Source of the DNA: Bugula neritina
Taxonomy: Eukaryota; Animalia; Bryozoa
DNA length: 30,720 bases
NCBI GenBank assembly: GCA_964035545.1
Contig: CAXIUT010000196.1
Location: 1 to 30,720, forward strand
Direction of reading: 5' to 3'
In this document: piece after piece, positions 11,756 through 23,252 of the stretch
Layout of the letters: each line of letters starts with the position of its first letter
Position numbering within the stretch: position 1 is the stretch's first letter
Translations under genes and position numbers: made by a program
Notes under the pieces: generated by a model
What the model saw: only the letters and a program-made list of their open reading frames with translations
Database searches by the model: none
Told to the model about the DNA's origin: nothing

Positions 11756-13597
11756 TCATTTTTTCATCTTTTTTTCATCTTAAAGATCATTAATACGATT
11801 TTTTTGTTCATCAATTGTTGATTGATGAAGAGCTACTATTCCTTTCAAAGTTGTTATTTCTAATTATAGTTCTTCTCTAAAATCATTTAATTTCACTTCA
11901 GAATCATTCTTCTTTTGTCCTTCATAAATGTTTATAAGTTTAGTTCTTTATAGAAGCCATTTTTATTTTTAAAGAACTAATTCATTTCTAGCCTCAATAA
12001 TGATTTGATCTTTTTGAAGTTAGAAATCTTATCGAAGATCAGCTTTAAGAGTTTATTTTAGTTTGTTCTTTTATGTTCTTAGTTGCATTAATTCATTTTC
12101 TTTACTATTTTTCATTTTTTCTTTTATAAGAACTTATTTTAATATTTTTTAAGATTATTCAAAAGACTTTTGTAATTTTTCTGTTTATTTTCTTATCATT
12201 TAAAGATACTCTTTAGAACTGGCTTCATGAAGGGAAATTTGTTATCCTCTTAATAATCTGCCAGCTAAACTTTGTCTTAATTCTGTCAGTTATGAATTAA
12301 GTTGTAAATTTTTGATTTATAAATTTTAGTTTAATTTCTAAAGTTTTTTTAATTGATCTTGAAGTCCTTTTTTATCTTTTTTAATTCTATCTATATTTTA
12401 TTGATTTTATTCAATCGTTCTTATTTTTCCTTTAAGTTAAATAATATCTTTATCTTTTTTTGTTATTTACTTCCAATATTTTAATTATCTAATTAAAGTA
12501 TAATATTTTTTTATTCTAATCCTTTTAATTTTCTTAGTTCTTTCAATAAAGAGTTATATTATGGATTATCATTAATTTTTAAATGTTCAGGTATTGTTTT
12601 TTGATTGATTTTAAGTATATTGACTTATTATTATAACTACTTTATTCTTTTATTTAATAATTCAAGAATATTATTTTCTTAATTATCTATTTAAGAAATG
12701 ACTTTTTGTCCTGAAAGTACCTTTAGATTAAGTTATGGTTCATATTTATTTGTGTTAAGCCATTAATGATTTTTAATTTGTTCAAGAGTAAATCTTTATT
12801 CCGGATTTCTTTTTATCATTCCTAGTATAAAACTTTTAGCTAAAATAGAAAAATTACTAGGAAAGTTTATTTTGGCATTCAATATATTTTGATTCATAAT
12901 ATTTTAAACTTTATCAACAAAAGGAGTTTTTCCAGTTAATAATTAAAAAGTTAGAACACCAATACACCAGATATCAAGTTTTTAATTGTGACCTGATTTA
13001 TCTATCATTTAAGGAGCCAAATATTGATGAGTTCCACAGAAAGTTTTTCGAGGTTTATTGAGAAAGTTAGACCATCCGAAATCTAAATTAAAACAAAATA
13101 ACCTGCTAATTTGACTCTATTCTTTATGTCTAATAGAATATTTTATGGCTTTATATCACGATGAACTATTTGTTTCTTATGGAGATATTAAACTGCCTCT
13201 AAAACTTATCTTATCATTTGTTTAGCAGTATTTTAATCTAATTTACCCTATTTATTTATTTTAGAAAAAAGCTGACCTTTATGAGCAAGCTATAAACAGA
13301 GATAGATATCTTCTTCAGTTTAAAAATAATCCTTCAATTCTATTATATGAGGGTGATGTAGCTATAAGGATATTTTTATTTCATTTCCAATTTGATTTTC
13401 CATCTTTGATTCTCTCATTTTTTTTTTAGATATCCTTTTCAAAGCAAAATACATCTTACTCTTTTTATATATTGCCTTATAAACAGTTCCAAAAGCTCCC
13501 TTTCCCTGATTTAATCAAAAAATACCAATTCTTTAGTAATTTAAAAGTCTGAGAGTTCACTTTTTTTTCGTTTAGGGTTTTAATTTTAAGTAATCAT
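11756..13597 (-). CDS. Aurora-like Ser/Thr protein kinase with a long C-terminal coiled coil (~595 aa)
   Basis: [77 protein letters not shown]. 20-nt introns at 13506-13525 and 13083-13102. One further unresolved frame shift near 12450-12470. Start codon inferred. Confidence 0.9.
13083..13102 (-). other. 20-nt intron (gttattttgttttaatttag)
   Basis: Splits the Asp codon of DFG. Removal gives KLADFGWS. Confidence 0.95.
13506..13525 (-). other. 20-nt intron (gtattttttgattaaatcag)
   Basis: Removal gives the Gly-rich loop KELGKGAFG. Confidence 0.93.
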
Positions 13598-14043
13598 ATT
13601 TGATTTAATATAGTTTTAAAGAAAATTACGAGGTTTAGAGTATAATTTTCTTATTTCTAAAAGATGATTCTTAATTTTTGATAAGTTTAATTGGAATTTT
13701 TATTATTAATTTTAGTGTTTATTGATAAGACTTTTAAGTGAAAAAATAGATTAAACTTAAATCGTTCAACTGTTATTTTGAAAAAGAGAAAAAAATGTTT
13801 TCATTGAAGTCTTTGAATACAAAATTTTCATTTTTAGTTCAAGACATTTTCTATTAAAAAGAAGGTAATTAATGAGAGATTATACTTTTTCAATATTCTA
13901 AATTTGATACCTATTTTTTTCAATTATTTCATCTAAATTTAAAAGCTTTTATTCTCAGAACAATTCTTTAAATCTATTCATTTTATGATGATTTTTAGTC
14001 TGTAAATAGGAGTTATTTATAGTAGATAAATAGGAATTATCAA

Positions 14044-14453
14044 TCATTCCTCAGCTGCTCTTTCGATACGATACAATAAATCGATAAATTACAACTCCTT
14101 CTTTCTTGTGCCTGGACCTGTTAAAGCTGCAAATATTTGATCTTATTCTTAATTTTACATAGACATCTCATTGATATTTTTTATTTTTTTACCTTTCTTG
14201 AGACTGCTCTTCCTGACTTTTTCTTCTTTTGACTTCCCCCTTGTTTTTGGTCCGATAGCGATTATTTTTCCAAACTTTTGTTTGCAGACAGGACAAGTAT
14301 TGTGATTCTATATTAAGAGATATTTACCTGAGACCACTAGGTGATGCACTGATGGCAGAAAAGATGGGAACATTTATCTGGTTTATGAGGATTTTTGACT
14401 TTAACGAGGCAGATTGGACATATATCATTGGAGTAACGATTTGACTTGTTCAT
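14044..14453 (-). CDS. C3HC4 RING-finger protein, ~129 aa
   Basis: CPIC...CSHLFCHQCITEWSQNHNTCPVCKQKF after removing intron 14308-14327. TGA at 14044-14046. Confidence 0.9.
14308..14327 (-). other. 20-nt intron (gtaaatatctcttaatatag)
   Basis: Joins the two halves of the RING motif. A at -6. Confidence 0.92.
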
Positions 14454-14548
14454 TTAGGAATGTTTATTATTAGAGAATTTACTCAAAACTATTAATTATA
14501 TCGTTCAGTTTTTAAAATATTGTCTAATTTTTATAAATATGATATTTC

Positions 14549-14622
14549 GGGGTTGGGGTTGGGGTTGGGGTTGGGGTTGGGGTTGGGGTTGGGGTTGGGG
14601 TTGGGGTTGGGGTTGGGGTTGG
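14549..14622 (+). repeat. (GGGGTT)n telomere tract ending segment 2
   Basis: Perfect T2G4 array, 95 nt upstream of the RING gene ATG. Confidence 0.96.
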
Positions 14623-14631
14623 ATTTATCAT

Positions 14632-16107
14632 TCATTTGCTATAAAAGTGTCTAAAGACAGGTTCCGAAATGAATTTCTAGGTGTTGAAGTGTTAATTTCC
14701 TATACTAACAGATATTATTTTAGGATCAAAGCAACTGAATTGATAATTTATGCGATATATTTGGGGCAAATATTATGCAGATAACTCCTTATATGATAAT
14801 AAATTTTAAATAACATATTTTTTATTTATAATTTCAGTCTCTTTTTGCTTATTGTATCTTGTTACTTCTTGAATTTCCTCTAAAATATCATTTAAAACTA
14901 TTTATTTTTATTATTTTATTCCTTATTTCTGATATCTCTTTGGTGTTAATTAATTAATATTTAAATCTTTTATTTGACTAGCAATAAATGAACATAAATT
15001 AGATTTTCTAAGTTCCTGTTATGACTATTATGGCTATTCGATAACTATTTCTTCTTGTTCGCTTTCACTCTATTCAGAAGTGAAGAGATTTACTCTTGGA
15101 ATTGATACTGATTCTTCAATAACAACTTCTTATTTTTTAGATTGACTTTCTTCCTGAATTTTATCTTATTTTAGGAGTAATTTTTATTCTATTAGTTTGC
15201 TTATTTATTTATTAATTGGGAACTAAAAGTGTTTTAAGTCTTATTTTTGATTTACAGGCTATTTTTTAAAAGAATTGTCAAACTAATTTATGTTTTTTAT
15301 CAATGGAGGTTCTATTTAAAGAAATAATGATGATTATTCTTTTTATAATTATGACTATTCTTTTTATAATTATGATTATTCCCTTTATACTAATGACTAT
15401 TCTCTTTATAATAATGATTATTCTCTTTATTGTAACAATTCTTATCCCAATTATGAATATACTTTTTATTAATAAGGATTTTAATTATTTCTATTTTAAT
15501 ATTCACTCTTATTATCAGCTCTTTTTCTTCTTTTTCTGTTTATTTTATTCAATATACTTTGATTAGTTTAAATCTTTTGAGATAGTATAGAGTCTTCTTT
15601 ATTTCTTTTTATATAATTTCTTTTTTTTATGTAATTTCTTCTAATATTTTTTTTCTTATTTTTCTTTTTTGATCTAATAAATTTAATGTTTTAAGATTTT
15701 TATTTTTTTTTGTTTTTTTTAATAGAAGGGCAATAAGAAGAGTCAGATAGAAGGAGATCATCATTTTACACTTATTGATTTTAAGTTCTAAGATGATGAT
15801 ATTTTTCAATATTTAAGAAATTATATGGTTTTTTAACTCTACCTTCCAAATAAAACTGAGTCCACAGTTTTTCTTATCTTTCTACAAGATCTTTCTTCTA
15901 AATTTAAAACTGATAAACAAAATGCATTAGATGTTATAATTTTTTGATTTATTCCCATTTGAATTTCTTCACCTAATCACTTATCCACTCTAACTTATAC
16001 ATACGCTAGCCATTGACTATTTGAAAGTTGGTTATTTTGAAATCAACTACCTTCCCCTTTATAATTTCATCTAAGTTGCGAATATCTGCCTCACTTTACC
16101 ACTACAT
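14632..16107 (-). CDS. ~491-aa acidic protein with a possible N-terminal chromodomain-like segment and internal heptad repeats
   Basis: One frame, ATG 16107 to TGA 14632-14634. NGERMYKLEWISDEVKKFKWEEIKKLEHLMHFVYQFE resembles the chromodomain pattern. The domain call is tentative. Confidence 0.65.
15330..15434. repeat. Coding 21-bp tandem repeat, 5 copies (EESxLE[K/R] on the - strand)
   Basis: Units atga(t/c)tattc(t/c)(t/c)tttat... start at 15330, 15351, 15372, 15393 and 15414. Confidence 0.9.
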
Positions 16108-16209
16108 TTTATATTAATTCTAATATTGGAGGTAATTAGCTATCTGGATTTATATATCGAATACGTTAATTCAAAAATATATCAATTGGGTCTGAAGTAT
16201 CATAAAAAA

Positions 16210-16566
16210 TCATCTTTATTTTAAATAGTGAATAAATTATTCACGAGTCAAATAGTCCCTCTAAGATTTGGTTACTTTATTTATTATCACTTTCACCTCG
16301 GCTTCTGTCAAATGATTAGCTTTTTTATGTTATCCCATTTTGTTATAAGAGTATTTTAAAAAAAGAGTGAACTATTTCAGTTATATCTTATCATCTCTGA
16401 CTTTGTTAAATCGATTGAATATTTTTATGGCTACTTATCTTTTAGTTATATCACATTTTTATCCTTCCTACCAGCGACAAGCTTCTTCTAACTAGGCTCT
16501 TCTCTTGGCATCCCAGTCTATTTTAAGAGATCTCTATTCTTTATTTTATGAAGAACAAATGCCCAT
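16210..16566 (-). CDS. Small degenerate EF-hand-like protein with an N-terminal MGIC acylation motif, 118 aa
   Basis: MGICSS...IFNRFNKVRDDKIELKEF...RDYLTREEFIHYL, then TGA 16210-16212. Confidence 0.7.
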
Positions 16567-16682
16567 CGAGTCTTCTTTTAATTTCTTTGTATTAATTATA
16601 AAATGATCACTCATCTAAGCTCTCAATAGAATAAATATAAATTATACTTATTTGAATTATCAGAATATAAGGTTAGATAGAA

Positions 16683-17066
16683 TCAAAGAAATTATCCTAT
16701 TCCTGATTGTTTTATATAATTAACGAATTCATGGCGCATTAGATATTATCTTTTTTATTTAAAACCTAGCTTTATAAATAGTGTTTCCAGTTCTTTTGCT
16801 ACTATCTATTTGCTTTTCTTTTTACCACTACTTCTTTTATTGGCATATTTTATAAAATTTATTAGCTAATCTCTTTCCAATATTCCATTTTTATTCTGAT
16901 CGAAACGGTCAAATAGATTTTCCGCAATCTTCTAAATTTATTCCTTTTGCTATTCAATAGTTTTAATTGAATCAAAGGAAGTAAAGGTTGGTGCTGATTC
17001 TTCGCGATTTGACCATCTTTTGGATAATGTTTTTTATTGTTTAGATTCGTAGTCGCAATTTCCCAT
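16683..17066 (-). CDS. Small EF-hand calcium-binding protein with an N-terminal MGNC acylation motif, 127 aa
   Basis: Canonical loop LFDRFDQNKNGILERDELINF (position-12 Glu encoded by TAG at 16866-16868). Second, degenerate hand REYLMRHEFVNYI. TGA 16683-16685. Confidence 0.85.
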
Positions 17067-17259
17067 TGATAATTATATTTTCTGATTTAAATGATAAACT
17101 TTATATATCAGGATTTTAATTAAGATTCTTATTTTAATAAAAATTAACTGAAAAAATGAAAACAAATATTTTTTATTTATCATTAGCTTCTTGATAAAAT
17201 TTGAAATACATTTATCTTATCATAATAAACCTAATGAAATCAATATTATAACAAACAAA

Positions 17260-19691
17260 ATGAAATTTATCATCATCTTCACTCTCCTACTCCTAGAGAT
17301 AAGTTCAACGACTCTAGCGACTGATAACTGTCCTTAAGGTTTCGAGATCACTACTTCTAACTCTACAACCTATACCTACCTAAAATCAACCACTGATCTT
17401 CTCTATGCCGATATCTATTCTTCACAGGATCAATCATAGTTGCAAGCTGCTTTTCATTCTGGAGATACACAAACAATCAATAAACAAATAGTAACTGTTT
17501 CGTTGATTGTTCCCTTTATACTTATTATGGTTGCCTTTGTAATTACGTTTGTAATTGCTATTTGCTGTTGTATATTTGAGAAGTCTTGTCCTCCCTGCAA
17601 GTCGTGGAAAAGAGATTTTACTATTAGACCTTATGAAAAGTCATAACTAAAATGTCTAGTAGTGTTTACTCTTATATTTGCCATTGGAATAGCCCTCACA
17701 ACTATTGTTGCTTTTGTCTTCTTCCCAAAACTTAATTAATATATATAAAACACAAAATGTGGGCTCTACACAACTTTAGATGTAGCTAAAAATGGAGACC
17801 AAACGAATGGTTGGGGAGGTTTTACTCAACTAAAAAATCAAATAGGAAATGTATCTAGTCTTCTCTCAACTGCTTCCACAGCTGTATCGACCAATCTAGC
17901 TAATAATGAATGGCTAAAAACCTATATGTAAGACTTGAAAGAGCAAAATATCGACCTTTATAAAAAGAATTTCGAATCTACAGTCCTAACTCCAACTGCT
18001 GCCACTACAGCAAGTGCACAAACAAGAGACGATATCCCAAGAGTGACTCCTCTTTTCATTTCAGCAGGATTGGGACCAAATGGTACTGCGAACACTATGG
18101 TTACTGATCTTGATGAAGGAATTAGAGTTACTGAACAGGTATCAGCTCAAGGTTATAAAGTATTTACTTCTGCTTTCCTCTTTGCTAATTCATAAACTAC
18201 AATGAGTCAAAATCTTAATTTAGCTATTGATAGCATGACTCAAAATTCTAATTATCTCACTGATATTCAAGTATCTCTTGACAGCTTTTCTGCTTCTATA
18301 TTTGATAATTTATTCAACTGGGGACTTTACATTATCCAAGCTATTTTGGGCTTCATATTAGCAGCTAGTCTGTTACTTATCCTTGGAGTTGTAGCTACTC
18401 ATTGTTTTGAACTTTATCAATGTAGATTAAGTGTACATCTTGGCTGGATCACCTATGGAATTACATATTTTGGTATTGTTGGATTAACCTTTATATTTTT
18501 TAGTTTTGGAGGCACTAGTTATCAATTTTGTTAATTTTATGGTTCATTGATGACAAGTAGTACTTCTTTTTCTTCATATGCATAAGTGACAGGTCCTAAT
18601 GAGTTCAACCGTTTTTTCCAGAAGATTTAAACTTGTTTCTATGGTGATGCAGACATCATGAAATCATTTGCTATTGCACAAGAGACTCAAACTATTAGCA
18701 ATATGTATGCTTAGATATAAACATTTTTGAATATGAGAGATTCAACGACTACTCATTATGTAGATCCTTCCAACTCCACCACCAAGATATCAGGATGGAT
18801 TGCTGCTATGGAAAAATACAGACTTGGAATCTATGACGATGCAGATTCTACTCTTACCTCATAGGATAATCCTAAAGTAGCACTCGCTAACTTCAATAAA
18901 TATACTAACAACTAAACAGGAGGAAATCCGCCCAGTTGTACCAATGACTATTGGGTTTTCGATAGTACGAATTGCACTAATAGTGCTACTGAAACTCTAT
19001 ATGTTTCTAACTCAGGAAATAGTGGGACTACCTTTGCTGCCACTGGCAATACCTGTATTTCTTTTAATTAGAAGTTTCAATCAACAAATAGTTATATTTG
19101 GAGAGAAAGTGATATATACAATCGATACATAAGTCAAAGACAGTGTGGAGGGATCACAGATACTTTCTAGAATGTTAAAAAGTATGCTACTTCACTGATA
19201 AACTATCGAGATTCGAGAATCAATTTATACCAAAACTTAAAAGATCAACTTGATGCTCTTCTTACCTCCAACAATAACTTCAATACGAATCTTACTACTT
19301 TTACAACTGCTGTTTCAGGATTTGTTACCAGCACTTCCACTCTTAATACCTTAGTAACTAATGCTGTTAATGGCCTTGATGCATCTGGTAACTGTACTAC
19401 TATTGCTAATAATATGAGATTTGTTTATAATACATTTTGTGTTAATTTTCTTTATACTTCAGTTCAATTTGGTAATTTTTTTGTTATTTAGGTATTTGTT
19501 GTCTTGTATTGCTTGCTATTATGATAGGAGGCACTCTTACTGGTAGCGTTTTTGCCATTAGATATGGAAGACTTGAACATGATCATAAAGCAGTCAGGCC
19601 AGAAACACCTTCCTTACAACAACTTCATTCTGAAATATTTGAAAAGAAACAAGAATCTAAATCATCGAGTTCGTCTTCTGATTAAGATTGA
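17260..19691 (+). CDS. Five-TM glycoprotein with prominin/Tweety-like topology, ~803 aa
   Basis: Track ORFs 17440, 17935 and 18202 are in frame with ATG 17260. Signal peptide, TM1, Cys-rich loop (ICCCIFEKSCPPC), TM2, large loop, TM3-TM4, large loop, TM5. Intron 19472-19491. TGA 19689-19691. Confidence 0.8.
19472..19491 (+). other. 20-nt intron (gtaatttttttgttatttag)
   Basis: Removal gives SVQFGICCLVLLAIMIGG (last TM). A at -6. Confidence 0.88.
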
Positions 19692-19820
19692 TTGTATGCC
19701 TTTACCAATATTGTTTTATTTAAGTTATAAAGTTTCTTTTCAAGATGATAATTATTTATTCTTTTCTATATTATAAACCTAAGTATTTTCTACTACTATT
19801 TTCTTTATAATATTAGAAGG

Positions 19821-20948
19821 ATGCTTAGATAATTACCCTTTCCACTTGTCACGCTTGAATTAGCAGAGTAAGAGATAAATAAATATCTTCTTAGTTTAAC
19901 TCCTCACAAATTATAAACAACTTTTAAGTTAAAATATCCTTTGGGTGACTTGTTTCCTTTGCCTCATCAGCTAATAACTAAATCTATTCTGTTTCTATTG
20001 CGAGTAAGGTATCCCTTATTGCTCAAATTTGATGGAAATAAGCATTGTATAAGGAAGTATGACTAAGTTTTAAAAGAACTTTATCAAGACAATCTTAAAC
20101 AATCGAGACTAATATCAGAATTTCAATTTCAATATTTCATCTTAATTACGATCAAAATATGTTGTGTCTTTATCAATGAACACTTCAAAAATATAATCAT
20201 ATCGAAATAAGAAGAATAAGATATGTACTGTTTGATGATAAAAATTCTTTTAGGAGTCATTGTCTATCCCACTTGCTACAAAATACTATAAAATAAATAT
20301 ATAGATGCTGAAAAGTATTCAATGAACAAAGGTAAAGCCACGAACCAGATCAAGAGAAAAGATACTGAAAAAACTGTTGGTACTAAAAAATTAGTTACTA
20401 TGAATGCTATTCAAGCAAAAATGCACAAAAGAAAATTTAAAAGACTTAAAGATCAAAGAGTGTCTATCTTCATGGACACTTCTAATTCAACTTTAAATCA
20501 ATTTAAATAAGATCTATCTCTATCTCTGAAAGTCAAACCACCCAAAATAGATCCTCCGCCTAAATAAAATTATTCTACTATTGAAAAACGAATCCTTTCT
20601 CATATTCCTCCTCTGTAGTTATAATCTATTCAAAAACAGAAGAAAAGAAATATTCATACTGAACAAGTTTCAAGTTCAATGAAGTTGGGCATTATGCTGG
20701 ATCAATTATCACATAATTATTCTAAAAGAGATTTTATTCTTAAACAATCACATCCAAGTTAACTTTTAAATCATCGGGTATTTGAAATACCCTCTGAACC
20801 TAGACTATCAGCTAAAATAAAATAAAATTCATAGTTTGTAATTAAAGAGTAAAGAAAGACTCATCAGCCAACTCTAAGAAAAACTAAAGATTATTGGAAT
20901 AAAGTTACAAATGACCTAAAAAGACAAAATAAATCCATATAAATCTGA
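19821..20948 (+). CDS. Hypothetical protein, ~375 aa
   Basis: ATG-to-TGA frame with TAR read as sense. Includes track ORF 20322-20510. No recognised motif. Confidence 0.65.
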
Positions 20949-21000
20949 TCTATTATGTTTAATTTTATTATTAATTATTAAGATAACTATTTGTTTTTTA

Positions 21001-21864
21001 TCATTTTGTTTGTAAAGTCTTCAATTTTTATCTCTACATTATAAAGATCTCACAGTTATTGATCTTGTATCCAGCATAGAGTTTAATACATTCGGAATGA
21101 GCTACTATTGCTATTTTGTTGTATTTTTAAAAATATTTTTAGAGAACTTTTAACTGTTATTCATACTTAGGCAATAAACGCCTCTTTATTTCTTGCTATT
21201 TTTAGAGGTTTTTACGTCTTTAGAACCAATTCTCCTTCATCATATTTAAACATAAATTAATAGCTAGTTCTCTTCTTTCCTTTCCTTCAAGTCCTTTTAA
21301 CTTATCCAACATAAATTATCGATCTTTATCTTCAAAAAGTGTATAAATATACCAGGCCTATTTATCTTTAATATTTGAAAAGTCAAAATGAAGAAATTAC
21401 TGCATGGATTATTCTATTTTAGACCCCACATCATTTGAAGACTACATTATTTATCTGAAGGCTGGTTCAACAATGATCGAAGCTTTGGATTTATGATTTT
21501 TAAAGATAATATCACAAGTTCTTAGAGCTCTTCTCATAGGAGATACTAAAATTATATCTACATCAATATTTTACATTTTTTATCTGGCTTTTTTAGCTTG
21601 TTAGATTCCTTCCTTTGTAATTTCAACATCCAAGTATTTAGGATGAAACTTTTCAGTAGTGTATTCTTCTGAATCAAAGACCTTTTCACTGCCATACTTT
21701 GTGGTCAGCTCATCAGTTACTTTGTTAAACTAGCTTTCAGCATGCCTGATAAAATACATAATTTAACTTTGATTATTATTACATCCATTTGGAAGCTATT
21801 ATTAGGAACACATACTCAACATTATAAAGAAAGAGAAGATAAATTTACTTAATACTTGTTTCAT
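21001..21864 (-). CDS. Histidine phosphatase (phosphoglycerate mutase family) protein, ~287 aa, possible signal peptide
   Basis: YFIRHAESEFN, DVEITKEGIEQA, VSPMRRALRT, VEPAFREIMESSNDVG, AIVAHS, NNCE. TGA 21001-21003. Confidence 0.88.
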
Positions 21865-21875
21865 TTTATATTATT

Positions 21876-22328
21876 ATGGCTGAATCAAATAAAAAACAAT
21901 AAACTAAAAGAAAACATTCAGAGAACCTTTCTCCAAGTTCTTTTAAACTTCCCTATATTAGACCTCCTAAATTAATGTCTTTCGCGAATAAAGAGTCTCC
22001 AAGTCCAAAAAGCAGCAAAGGATTCGACTTACATATGAACAATGTATCATTACCATCTTACTAGCCAACAAAAGATAAAAATCTTGTTTATTTTTTTGAG
22101 AAACCAAGCACAAGAAAGCTAATTCATGATTTGAAATAAATTGAGCAATAAAAAGCAAAAAAGACAATAATGCGAGCAGAGAGAATTCATTCTCATAATC
22201 AATAGATTAAAAGTGATTTGAAAACCTCGAGGTATCAAGGGAAAACAGAGTAGTTATCCAAAATTGAGTTTCAAAACTATTTAAAGAAGATGAAAGATAA
22301 AATAACGAATAGTCTTTAGAAATAGTGA
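21876..22328 (+). CDS. Hypothetical protein, 150 aa
   Basis: ATG 21876 to TGA 22326-22328 in one frame (…LPSYEPTKDKNLVYFFEKPSTRKLI…). Confidence 0.6.
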
Positions 22329-22442
22329 CTAAATAACTCAGTATTGAACTTTGATTCAGTCAATTAAATTTATATAACTTACATTTTAATTAACTTGATA
22401 AAGATTGATAAATATTGATATGATATAAATAATATCTTCTTC

Positions 22443-23252
22443 ATGGATAGACCTTATAATCATGCAGATTAAATTCTGAGATCTTCTCAAGGTTATGCAC
22501 TTTTTATTGGAGATATTCAATCGGCATAAAATTTTGATTGGCTCAAGAGTAATCATATACTCACAGGTATTTTCTTAAAGATTTAGTCATAACTGCTGCT
22601 TCAGGATTTCATTTAAAATATCCTTCTTCTATCAGTCATATTGTCTATCAAATGCAAGATACAAAAATGGAAAATATATCTCGTCATTTTGATACAGCTG
22701 CAAAAAATATAGATAAAAGTGAATATTCTTTAATTTAGGTCTTAAAGTTGGTGGAGTATTAGTGCATTGTGGAGCTGGAGTATCAAGAGTAACTCTTATT
22801 TTAACTAGTCTCCGACCTTGGTGATCGCATACTTAATTAAATACAAAGCGATGACTTTTCATTAAGCTTTAAAACATCTTAAAAGCAAAAGACCTACAAT
22901 CTGTCCTAACCTAGGATTTTAGTTACAGCTAAAATCATATGAAAAAAAACATAATTCTCTAGCTAATACTTTCTCGCTTTCTTCATAAAAGAAATAAAAA
23001 AAGTAGAAGTTGCCAGAAATCATGAAATAAACTTCTTTTCAGACAAATGCTTTTAACAGTTTTGCAAATTATCATCAGACAAGAGGTATTAGTCTGGTTA
23101 AGAGTAAAAGTTTAAAACCTTTAGAAAGCAAAAAGAAGAAAGAAGATTAGTATCTAAGAAATATAGCTGAGTTTAGGTTTGGAATAACTAACATGTCTAA
23201 ATGGAAAATATAAAGAAATTTCAAAAATTAAAAGAAATTCGTTCAATTCTGA
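22443..23252 (+). CDS. Dual-specificity protein phosphatase, ~249 aa, three 20-nt introns
   Basis: LFIGDIQSA, QDTKMENISRHFD, VLVHCGAGVSRSPTLVIAYL, KRPTICPNLGFELQL. Introns 22567-22586, 22719-22738 and 22789-22808. Confidence 0.93.
22567..22586 (+). other. 20-nt intron (gtattttcttaaagatttag)
   Basis: Gives NHILTVITAA. The internal AG at positions 13-14 is presumably skipped. A at -6. Confidence 0.88.
22719..22738 (+). other. 20-nt intron (gtgaatattctttaatttag)
   Basis: Restores the frame into the HC motif. A at -6. Confidence 0.9.
22789..22808 (+). other. 20-nt intron (gtaactcttattttaactag)
   Basis: Splits the catalytic HCxxGxSR|S motif. A at -6. Confidence 0.95.

Noticed and set aside
14500-14548. 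Possible chromosome-breakage motif (gtctaa ~20 nt inside the telomere here and at 30603)
   Set aside because: Present at only 2 of 5 ends. The reduced TAA core is uninformative in AT-rich DNA, and many more ends are needed.
15303-15566. Hydrophobic repeat 'membrane protein' ORF on the + strand
   Set aside because: It is the antisense shadow of the Glu-rich 21-bp repeat in the - strand gene 14632-16107.
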